Source of the DNA: Trichoplax sp. H2
Taxonomy: Eukaryota
Assembly: GCA_003344405.1 (NCBI GenBank)
Contig: NOWV01000131.1
Span: forward strand, 62,001-126,000
DNA length: 64,000 nucleotides
Direction of reading: 5' to 3'
Both the position numbers and the translations under genes were made by a program. Below are positions 14,387-25,380 of the stretch, in pieces. A model generated the notes under the pieces. It was given only the letters and a program-made list of their open reading frames with translations, was not told the origin of the DNA and made no database searches. The stretch's first letter is position 1. Each line of letters begins with the position of its first letter.

Positions 14387-15554
14387 CAAAGTCATTAGTC
14401 AATATCAGAACTATTCAGTAAACCTGAAGATGATCAGATCAATTTACTGTATTGCAGACTAGAGATTCTAGAAAGAGAGAGACTATTCAATAGTGTACAC
14501 TGCTAGTCGACAGTGTACTAGTCCATTTTTGTTGCTGTTACTGCAAAATACTGCTGTCGATTTCCTATATTTTGCATCGATTCAACTTGCTCCATGACAG
14601 TGAAAATGAAATTGCTCAACTTCTACAATACAATATCATCCAGCTTGTTGATAGGCTGAACATCACCTGATCGATTTACTATACATCACGCCATCTTTCT
14701 CTATCTGGCGTGAGCATTACCTACAGAGACGACTGTTTTAATGGTCAAAGGGTAAGCAAAAAAATCGCTTCGTAATGGTCTTATATTAGTCTGTGGTAGT
14801 AAAACCATGCTAAATAGACGCATGTAGTCAAAAATTGCATCGTAATGGTCCTTAATTAAATTAAATTAATCATTGGAGCTGGCGAGTGCGTACTACAGTA
14901 AGTATTGATTTGTGCACACTGCTCAGTAAAATAATCATTTTTGCAACTTGTACAGTAGATAGTATGTGTGTCCATTTTTAAGTTCATTGGGTCACAAAAT
15001 TTGTAGGGATTGCAATCCCTTAATTTTCAAATTGCCCTTCAAACTCAATCAGCTGCCATGTCCTCCATTTTGCACTTTTTTTACAGTACTGTACTGTACT
15101 GTAATGCGGTGTGCACTGTACACTGTACTGAACAGTATTCAAGTCTATTCTAGTCCAGTACGGTCCGTACCGGAACGGAACGTGACGCAACTTTCGTCAT
15201 CGTGATGCAAATTATGTAAACAAAGTGCATTTACTGTTCATACGAATTTCTTCTCTTCATGCAGTATAATGTGTACAGTATAGAGTCGGTAGTACCTTTC
15301 TGAACTGTACACTCAGTGTGGTGGCAACCCACGAATCATGTTGGCTGAAGACTCTGAAGAGCCTATTTAATTTGCAACCCCAACGCCGATTGATTCATTA
15401 GTCTCCAGTTCTCCACGACATTCATTGCAGGTAGATTATATATATCATTTACCTGATTACTTCGATTAAGGAGGAATCACAGCAAGAAATTAATCCGTGT
15501 TCCACCTTACCAAAGTTATACAACAACACTTGATTAACACTGACCTCAATCAAC

Positions 15555-16451
15555 ATGAAAAATATTCGCATTCATCAACTTGATGCATTCTCAGCTCAAT
15601 TATTTGGTGGCAATCCAGGAGCGGTTGTATTCGATGCCGATAATCTAACGGACAAAGATATGAAGAATATTGCTCGAGAAATGAATATTTCTGAGACTGG
15701 TTATGTTTTAACAAGTCAACGTGCCGATTTTCGCTTGCGTTATTTTACTCCTAGCGATGCAGAAATCACATTTTGTGGTCACGTAACTTTAGCGACATTG
15801 GCGATGATTGCTAGAGAGAAACGATTTGGTGCTGATCAGGGCATCGTTAAACAATACAACATTGAAATTAACGCTGGTTTATTCAAAGGTGAAATCGATT
15901 GGAGTGGTAATGAACCGATTATTTCTTTCTTTCCTCCCCCTATTAATCTTGATCCTGTACCTTTCAATCATGCACAACTTGCTGAAGCACTAGCAATTAA
16001 TTTAGATATTATCGATCAATCCAAACCAATCTTGATCGAAAGAACGAATCGCTATGTTTATTTTGCTATTAAATCATTACAAGAACTAAAAGAGTTAAAT
16101 GTCAATCAAGAGACTGCTAAAGCTTACGCCGAACAACATAATATTATACTTTATTGTGCATCAACACCTCATGGTGTAGATGAAAACAACCATGCACATA
16201 GTAGGGTGTTTGCACCTTTAGTAGGAATTGCAGAAGACCCAGTGACTGGATCATCTCAAGGTCCATTGACTGCTTATATGGTTCAAAATGGAATGGTTCC
16301 ACAATCATTAACCAAAGCTAACACAGAACAAGGGGATTTTGTAGGTAGACCTGGACGTGCAACTGTTTATATACTTGGAAGAGACCCTATAGAGGTCAAA
16401 GTTTCCGGCCCTGCATTCCATGTATTTTCTGCTGATATGCAGATACCTTAA
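15555..16451 (+). CDS. PhzF/PBLD-family (diaminopimelate epimerase-like fold) isomerase, 298 aa, intronless CDS
   Basis: Family motifs DAF...GGNPGAVV, IAREMNISETGY (catalytic Glu), LRYFTP..EITFCGHVTLA, RVFAP..GIAEDPVTGS and EQGDFVGRPG. Single ORF from ATG to TAA. Confidence 0.95.
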   Translation: MKNIRIHQLDAFSAQLFGGNPGAVVFDADNLTDKDMKNIAREMNISETGYVLTSQRADFRLRYFTPSDAEITFCGHVTLATLAMIAREKRFGADQGIVKQYNIEINAGLFKGEIDWSGNEPIISFFPPPINLDPVPFNHAQLAEALAINLDIIDQSKPILIERTNRYVYFAIKSLQELKELNVNQETAKAYAEQHNIILYCASTPHGVDENNHAHSRVFAPLVGIAEDPVTGSSQGPLTAYMVQNGMVPQSLTKANTEQGDFVGRPGRATVYILGRDPIEVKVSGPAFHVFSADMQIP

Positions 16452-18571
16452 ACTATTGTAGAACATACGACTATCTATCGAGAATGCATTTTGTAATTGG
16501 TAAGTCATTATTGAACGAGAAGAACTTATAACGTAATCTTTCTATATTTATTTATAAAAATAGCCGATAACGTCTTTACAATGCTATGTTTTATGTTAGG
16601 TGATAATCTGTCTTATTAATCTCTTCTTACTGTTATCTGAGATGAGTAGCAAGCATTTCTTCTCCTTCTTATGGTGTTCGTACTAACAAAAATGATACGA
16701 TGTAAATCATAATCTAATTTCAACTTTAATTACCAACGCATAAATTTCGATCTCACTAATCCATTAATCATGCTTCCAATCGGATGAAATTAAATCTACC
16801 GAATGTATTATCTAAACTGTTATGGATGTGAAATAACAATAATGTTAATAAAAAAGTAAATCCGTAAAAATGTGAGTATTATTATCGAAATTCGATACAT
16901 TGATTGGCGACAATAGGCAAATTTTAAAATATTCAGAATGATAAGAAAAATGCCCTTGATGATATATTTAGACGATATACTGTATAGAGTATGGCATCGG
17001 AGGGCTCAAGGTGGCCACAGGTCACTCAAATTCTAAATATTACTGGAGATATACATACTGTACAGTAAATAAAATGAAATACTAAGCGACATCTTTATAA
17101 TCTTCGTTCAATAATGTAAAACAGAAGTGCTTTCAGTAGTTATCACTTAAAGAATCTAGTACTGTAGTTAACTTAGTATACTGTTTGGCGATACATTACA
17201 AGAGTTGGCTCTTTAAACGCATCTGAAGACGCTACAAGTACGTCTTAAATGTTGTTACTGATATACTCGTATGATACATTTTACTGTACTGGCTTTCTAT
17301 TGCTTTAGTATGGCACACTCATCGTGTCTGATTGCAGCACTGAAACTCTCGATTTCTTTTTTACAATTATAAGATACTGATAAGAAGTTATAGCAAGATT
17401 ATAGTATATACGTAATGTCACAAAATACGTTGCTCTACGTCAATTCAATATGAATCAAATGTGATGATAACTTTTCGCTATAAGTTTAAAATTTCCCTGT
17501 AAACTTTAGTATTGGATGTCGGCAGTTTACGTAACGAATTGAATGTCAAATTGACAGGTTGTGCTGAGTTTTAGTTGTCTCATCACTAAAACATGCAGAT
17601 TAAAGTTTAGAATTTTCTTTAATGTGAACTATCACTGTTTGATAGTGTCCGAAAGAGTATTCTTAAGCTATCTGTCGATAGCTTAAGAATTAAATATTTA
17701 TACTTTTTATTTAATAGATAAAATCAAGATATAGTACACGTACCTTTTGAGCATTTATTATATTGATTACCATCCTTAACTTATGACATAAAACGAAACC
17801 AGAAAATTCCATTATATTTTTGTAGTAAATTTAGTAAGTTATGATTAGACGATTGATACCGTATCAAAATCAGCATATGATAAAATAGCTTAATTTTACA
17901 TTAGTAGAACGAAGAAATTATATGAATAGCTATCAATTCTGCTGAACTCTTGCATGGTTTTACCCGATGCTGCAAGTGCAGGTAGCCAAACTATAACTTT
18001 AAAGTCTTAAATAGCTAGCTATTCGATATCAGCTGTTTCTAACCCAATAGTCAAAAACTGACTACTATCTAAAACAGTTAATTTTGCCGAAATAATAATA
18101 CGGTACTTCACCAGACATAGTATAGTGGAGTCGTATATAGATACGTAAATATCGTGACACAGCAACCATATACTGTGTAATATAGAAAGAGAAAGCAGAT
18201 AATCGAAATAATTTAATTAACCCGACATAAATAACGTAGTAAATATGAATAATAAATTGTTTCAATTTTTCAAAACTCAACTTACTATATTAATATACAA
18301 TTTTAATCTTTTGTTGAAACATCATTTTTTAAATATTGCATAAGATTTCAAATTTCGACTACTAGCAATAATACTTGCCTTCAAATTATGGACGACTGTT
18401 GCAGTTGATATTGACAATTAGATAGCATGAAAATACCGAACTGAACATCGTACAGTATATAGAATTAAATCAGAATCGCTCTTATTTGACATCGGATATA
18501 CTATCACGTAAGTAGAGACTACTGTCCTAAAAAATTTGTCATCTCTAATATAAGCCAATGAATAAGAAGTA

Positions 18572-21500
18572 TCATACCTCAGTTGCTCGACTGACAGATT
18601 TGTTACTGTCAAAGAAAATTTCAATTTCTTCTAATGTCTTACCTTTGGTCTCAGGTACAAAATAATATACAAATATTGCGGCGAGAAAGTTAAATCCAGA
18701 AAATATCCAAAGTACACCTTGTATAGAAATTATTTCACCTATAGGTAGAAATCCATAGCTGACTAGAAATCCCCCAGTCCAACCAATTCCGGCGCAGATA
18801 CCGCCTACTTTACCGCGTACTCGTGATGGTAGGACTTCCGACATAACAAGATACGGTATTGAGCCCCATACACAATTAAAAGCCATAAAAAATGTAAATA
18901 CACTAACCAACGCCAGCCAACTAGGATTCAGAGATGCAGTATCAAGTAGGTGAAAGTAAAGCCCAAACGTAAAACTGCTCAACGACATCACTACGCTTCC
19001 ACATGACAATAAAACCACCCTACCGAATCGGGCAGCTAGAAAATACCCGATAATGCTAGAAACTAGCTGAGATGTAGCAGCAATAAGATTTACCTAGGTA
19101 ATTAGAGCAAGTCCATTATATGGAGTGATTAGTAAATATTACAGCATAAGTAAGGTAAATTTAACAAATGTTAAGAAAGGTAAGACGCTAAACGCATAAT
19201 GGTTACAATTGAAACAACACAAAATTTAGATAAAATGGTACATGAAAGTATAGTTTTAGATGTTTTCGGTACTTTATGAAGCAGTAGATTACGAGGGCAC
19301 TTAAACGTATATCTATCGATAACTACCTATAATCAGCTATATACACACTCTACATGTACATCATTTCTATAATATTAAAAGTCGTTAAATGGTACACTAA
19401 CCACATCACTATCTTTAAATCCAGCTCTTTCGAAAATATAAGTGCAAAAGAACATGACAGGATTTATACCAGTAGCCTGTTGGAAAATAGTTAATGCTAT
19501 ACTGATTAAAAAAGGCTTTCGAATACTAGGGGAAAAAAGTTCTGAGTAGCCAACATTTTTCGTATTTTTGACGAGTTTTATTTCCTCTAGTTCATAGTTA
19601 ATATTAGCATCCGGTCCTCGTAACCATCTAAGGGTATAAAGTATAAATAATGATATAATAAATAGGAAATAATAAGCTTATTCATTCAAAATTTAGAGGC
19701 GCAGCACTAAAAAATTGTAATAAATGAGTTCCATTTGATAGTTGATGTCAATCCATCGGAAAAAGAAGTGCTATTTATTTACCAAAATTGTTTACTCTAT
19801 CAGAGCAATAATTAGCTGTAACTATAGGTTTGCCATTAAGTCATGATTTAATTGCTATTCTATCTTATCAGAGCGGCATCATAGGCATACTAGTAATGAT
19901 GGCGCTAAGTCAATTGCAAGAAACCTAACCTTCGAAATGGAATATCAATTTCATCTTACGTGGTGAAGGTCTGATTTTATATAGATGATACCGTAGTGGT
20001 ATCTTTCATCTAAAAGCCGAAATGTATAGTATAGTACCTTAATGTGTCAGAAGCTAACTCTTCATAGCCGTTGGATATCAGCCAACGAGGAGTTTCTGGC
20101 ATAAACATCATGCTGAACGCCAGGATAGTAGCAATAATTTGACCTGCAACGGCTAAGAAATTCCAACTAACCAACATGCCTATAGCAGCACCAATGGTAG
20201 CACCAGCAGTCACTCCAACTTGAAGGAAAGCACCAAACATGCCACGTTTGGAAGCTGGTGCGATTTCAGAAAGATAAACCTAAGTTAATTGCCCCAAAAA
20301 TCGATTACTATCATTTATTACTAATAGTAGATAAAATTTACTTATTTCTTATCAATTCTTGTCAATGATTCCAATGTTTCGAAACGATATTTAATTTTAG
20401 ATATCTAATAAAATTTATCTTAAGTGACAGAAACTAACAGAGCATGCAATGGATGCTATGCCAACGGAAATGCCGGTGAGGATTCGACCAATGTACAACG
20501 ATGTGACACTCTGAGCGTACATGATTGCTACCCAACCTATCGATGAAGGTATGGATAAGAAAATTATAGCACTTTGTCGACCATAAATATCTACAAGATA
20601 GCCACCAAAGAAACTTCCTATTAGAGCTCCCAGTAGCGGTAAAGCCTAAATACATTATAATTATAATAATAATACAGAAATTGAAATATTTTCATGGTGT
20701 AGTAGTACAGCATGTTGGACGTCGTTATTGATAGGTTTCACTGTGTAAGCCGAGTGGCCAACTAAGAGTACTATGAAATGTAATTTTATTAAAAATAACT
20801 GTGATCCATAGCGCCTAAAAAACGCCAAAGTATTCTAACTTGTATTGCATTTTAGCATTCGCCACGACAATACATAGTGAATTAACAACAGTATCGTAGT
20901 GTGCAACTTTGTTTAGTTAACACCCTTCGACATTTACTCTATAATCAGCTGGAATACTTTACAATGAGTATTTTGTAAAATTTGTTTTCACTTTTATAGG
21001 TATTGTTGTAATTTGTGGATTTATGCCATTTATTCTCCCGTTGTAATCCTATTACTTTCGCTAAGGCTTTGATTTAATAAATAGTAATAGATTGGTGTAA
21101 GCTGCAGTAAAGTAAAGATAACTATGATTGCAATGATAATGATTCTACTTTACTGGCCCGTACCCGTACGTAAATTAATATTTGCAGCATCGTCGTGTCG
21201 ATAACTGTAGCAGAAATTTTAGCGTGCTTTACTCTATTTTTTTAAATAAGAAGATGAAAATATCACCCATCCAAAGATCACTCTTGTATTTCATCATTAA
21301 GTACAGTACAATCAGCACAATGGAGTATATGATACACCATCGTATAGACAATCATGCTCTATCATCATCAGGAGAACAATTTTAAAATACTGTACAGTCG
21401 ATTTAGAGTGATTGATAAATCATTTTTGGAAGGCATTCTCAAACATGGAATAGTAAATAAGACATAAGCAATCTCAGATCAACATGAATATTGATCCGTA

Positions 21501-22731
21501 ATTTCAATATTGTTAAACTTGATTATGGATTTATCTTTCTGATGGTAGATAACGATAGGAGAATTGTTACAAAGATGTACGCGTATGAAGAAGACGTAAG
21601 TGGTACAAAAGAACTTTTAATCTGACAGTGAATGATAAAAACGATTTAATCATCAAAACTACAACTGCCAGGATATTCTGTCAGTATTGCAAGTGATATT
21701 TTAAAGTCCACGATAGTAGTGCGATCCAGTAGTTTTCAATTACCATACACAAGTATGTCGATGAATCAAAATACTCATTGTTAATAAGCAATTCAAGAAA
21801 TAAACGACTATACAAACTATCAATAATGGAATAAGACATGTGTACAGTAGCCCTAACCATTTTGCATAAATTAACTTTGTACACTTGGTTTAATTAAGTT
21901 GTCCTACTGATACATTCATTACACATGGATTGATATTTCTGCCCCCCAAAAAAATGAAGAAATCATTCAATCTCACGCGGCGCAAATCCAATTTAGGGGG
22001 ATGATGCAGGACACCAATTTGATTTACGCCGCGTGAGATTGGACAAATCCAATTTACGGGGATGATGCATATTACTGTACATATGATCGCAGGACACAAA
22101 TTTGATTTGCACCGCGTGAGATTGGGCGATTTCTTGATTTTTTTTTCAGATGTGTCAATACATGTCTAATTTCAAAAATGATGTATCAGCAGGACAGTTT
22201 AATTAACAGTAAACCAAGTTTACAAAGTAATTTATGCAAAACGGTTGGGGATAGCGTACAGTACTGGAGTACTACTGTACAAGTACTCTGTACTTTTAGG
22301 GTTTTTCATTCAGTATGTAGCGATCTGAATTCTTACGATTAAAACAGGACGTATATTACTAGTACACGCTAGTCATTCAAAGTACAGCAAGCACAGAAAG
22401 TGAAATGTGTGAATATGTTACTTACACCAAATAATGAGGATGAATTCTCATCTAATCGCAGTGCACCCATGTGATTCGCCATCAATTGAGGAATAGCAGG
22501 AGCGGAATACTCAAACACAAATCCAAAATTGATCGTCCCTATCATTGCTATCAACGCTGCTAGAAATGTGTTCTTATTGGGCATCGTTACTTGTTGCTTT
22601 TCTAAACCGGCATGATCGTAACCAATGACGGTAATATTTCTCGATCGTGAAGTGGTAGAAGAATTGTGGCGAGCGCCTTCGCCATTTGCTTTCATTTTTT
22701 CAGTATAGAAGTGGTTGCTTTCTTGACCCAT
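18572..22731 (-). CDS. GLUT8/Tret1-like sugar transporter paralog 3, about 500 aa, 5 coding exons
   Basis: Exons 22731-22426, 20645-20439, 20279-20038, 19627-19402, 19093-18572. GT-AG introns, phases 0,0,2,0, 1503 nt open. Motifs: YLSEIAP, PETPRWL, QQATGINPV, PETKGKTLEEIE. C-terminus ATEV. Confidence 0.93.
21845..22256. mobile_element. Foldback MITE of about 412 bp, ~80-bp TIRs, TA-flanked (Tc1/mariner-like), in intron 1 of paralog 3
   Basis: Left TA|CAGTAGCCCTAACCATTTTGCATAAATTAACTTTGTACACTTGGTTTA...GTCCTACTGATACAT matches the reverse complement of the right end, TA|CGCTATCCCCAACCGTTTTGCATAAATTACTTTGTAAACTTGGTTTA...GTCCTGCTGATACAT. Internal inverted repeat CAATCTCACGCGGCGCAAATC / GATTT(A/G)C(G/A)CCGCGTGAGATTG. 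Confidence 0.8.
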
Positions 22732-23086
22732 TGTCCTCCACTCCAGTTCTCCAAATGAGTACTGTATCAAGACTATCGTTGAGTATCTTGCCCAATTCGA
22801 TTACAGTAATGTAGTATTCACTGTAGATCTGCAATGCAAGTTGCGATGTTGTTTTATCCAGGCTCTGGCTAAATTAGCCTATCGTAAAAGTTGAAATCAT
22901 CTTGATGATGTGGTGGAGTGAAATGGAATTCAATATTAAATATCGACAACATGCCACAGCAGCTAATACCTGGGTGTACCATACTGTACAGTGTACAGTG
23001 TACAGTACAGTACTCAACGACTTCGTACTGTACACTGTACGGCCCAGATTGACGGCAGAGGTTCGTTTCGATTTTGTCCTAATCCG

Positions 23087-23700
23087 GCAGTAGACAGCAA
23101 AAATATGGACATGGATATTAACGAAGAGAAACTTTTCTCAGGATCTACGCTTAACTGATCATGTATGAGTAACATCTGGAAAAATCCGGACTCTAGGATA
23201 TAAGTAATAATATTTGTACGTTCGGATTTTTCCGGACTATAGCAAGCCTAATAAGGGTTAACTTGAGTAGTCCACATACATTTAGTATAGCAGTAGACAG
23301 CAAATAGATTGACTTGGATATTAACAAAGAGAAACTTTTCTCAGGATCTAGCTAGGTGGCGTGATAAGATTTTAACTTGAGTAGTCCACATACATTGGTG
23401 TAGTGGTCCTTGTAGCTGTATAATAAGAACAGGAGTTGAGGTCCAACGTGGTAATAATGAATTAATTGATGAATTCAATTAATCCAAGGGTTGAAATAAT
23501 ATTATCATGTGTACAATACTGTATACTGCACAGGGACTGTACTCCTGAGAAAAGTTTCTCAGGATCTAGCTAGGTGGCATGATAAGATTTTAACTTGAGT
23601 AGTCCACATACATTGGTGTAGTGGTCCTTGTAGCTGTATAATAAGAACAGGAGTTGAGGTCCAACGTGGTAATAATGAATTAATCAATGAATTCAACTAA
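23087..23700. repeat. Nested local duplications: about 60 bp x2 and about 140 bp x2 near-identical
   Basis: GCAGTAGACAGCAAA...GAGAAACTTTTCTCAGGATCTA at 23087 and 23290. TTCTCAGGATCTAGCTAGGTGGC...GAATTCAA at 23338-23478 and 23556-23696. Confidence 0.9.
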
Positions 23701-24261
23701 AATAATATTATCATACGGGCTAATGTACACATTGTACAAGTGTGCGCCATATTCTAAATTCTTCAGATTTTTCAATGGCAAAGTAGAAAGAAATTAAATA
23801 TTGCTGTGTGCCTTAACACTATTCTTGCATAGATGATAGCAGTAGCTACTAGCTACTGACATGTTGGTGTAAAGTACGGTATTTTGGACCTTAGTTTTAG
23901 TCCTATTTTTTTCGCCATTTTCTCTATCTAAAGAAAAAATAAGCATGCTTGTATATTGTAGTTATATACTTGCACCTTCTTACTTTTGGCCACTTTCGCA
24001 ATTCTCTCTCTGCTCTGCTTATAACACAGTCCTGTAGCGGTCCATAATTAACTTGTAAACACAGATGATTACACACATCACCAACCCTCCCTCCCTCCAC
24101 TAATTATAATTAATCAAAACTTTACGGCCTGCTGGTATTTTTATATAGCCTGAGGGCTCAACAGCGGATTATACAATCGTAATAGAATTACTTTCAAATC
24201 TTTCAGTCGACTGTGGAAAGACCAGTCTTGCAAGGTACAAAAAGTTGTCGTGTACACTGTA

Positions 24262-24486
24262 CGCTAGGCCGAACCATTTTGCAAACAGTATATTACTTGG
24301 TACACTTCGTTCAAGCTGTCTCGCTGGTATATTAGACATGTATTGACATAGTTAAAAAAAAAACCAAGAAATCGCGCGGCACAAATCAAATTTGTGTCCT
24401 GCATCATCCCGTGACTACTAATGTATCAGCAGGAGAGGTTCAGCCAAGTATACAAAGTAATTTATGCAACATAGTTACGGCTAGAA
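24262..24486. mobile_element. Second, internally deleted copy (about 225 bp) of the 21845-22256 MITE, in inverted orientation
   Basis: TA|CGCTAGGCCGAACCATTTTGCA...TTAGACATGTATTGACA...CAAGAAATCGC...CAAATCAAATTTGTGTCCTGC matches the reverse complement of 22090-22256. Right end ...CAAAGTAATTTATGCAA...GGCTAGAA|TA. Confidence 0.75.
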
Positions 24487-25380
24487 TAGAGTAGAGCCAG
24501 AGTAAGAGCAGCAATGGATGAATGAATGAATTAAGGCAGAAGAGCTATGCACGGCACAGTTAAGAAAAATACTTTACACTGCAAATAAAAGTATGGTGCG
24601 GCGTTGAAGAAAATCTCAATGACTAAATCAAAATGGATTTTATCGTTGGCTAAACCAAGATCTTCTTTTAATAGTCCACGGCTAAACTAATGCACGCTCA
24701 GAAACGTCCAAATTGAAAATCATTTCAAACTGATTCCAAAAACTGTTCACTAATAGAACATGCAAAATAATCAGAATTAGACGACAGATCAATTCTCTCT
24801 AGCCTCCATTTTACTCCACAATCACGTCATCCACAGCATCGAAATATCGAAAATGAAGACGCAATATTGAATTCAATTTTAAACATCGAAACATGTAACA
24901 TGCGTATAACATTTTCAATCATGGATCCGCATATACTCTTTTACGTAGATAAAAGGTAGATTTACATCTGTTGAAAAATAAACCTTACAGTAAATTTAAT
25001 TTTTAATTAGAAATTGGATATGATTAATCTAATTATCCGATGGAAATATCCTCATTTAGTCTTTTTTGTTATTAGTCGAAAATTCAAGTACTTATTTGGC
25101 AGCACTTACCAATATATCAACTATAAATTACATCTTCATCCATTACAAATATAAAGATATAGAATGAGTACAAAGTTTCCTAACACCGTCAACATTTTCC
25201 CTTTTTAGTGATACAACATGAACGTTAGTAGTTGTAAATAAGATTTGATCCATAATAAAAATATATATATATAGTCAAATTCTATACACGTATAAATTCA
25301 AGGTATTTAATAAGACTCTAATGTAATCCATTCTCTCTATAAGTACGAGTATAATGTAATAGAGAGATATCTGTAATGTG

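Noticed and set aside
15467-15474. TAAGGAGG Shine-Dalgarno-like sequence upstream of the PhzF ORF
   Set aside because: It lies about 80 nt from the ATG, far outside functional spacing, so it is likely chance and not used as HGT evidence.
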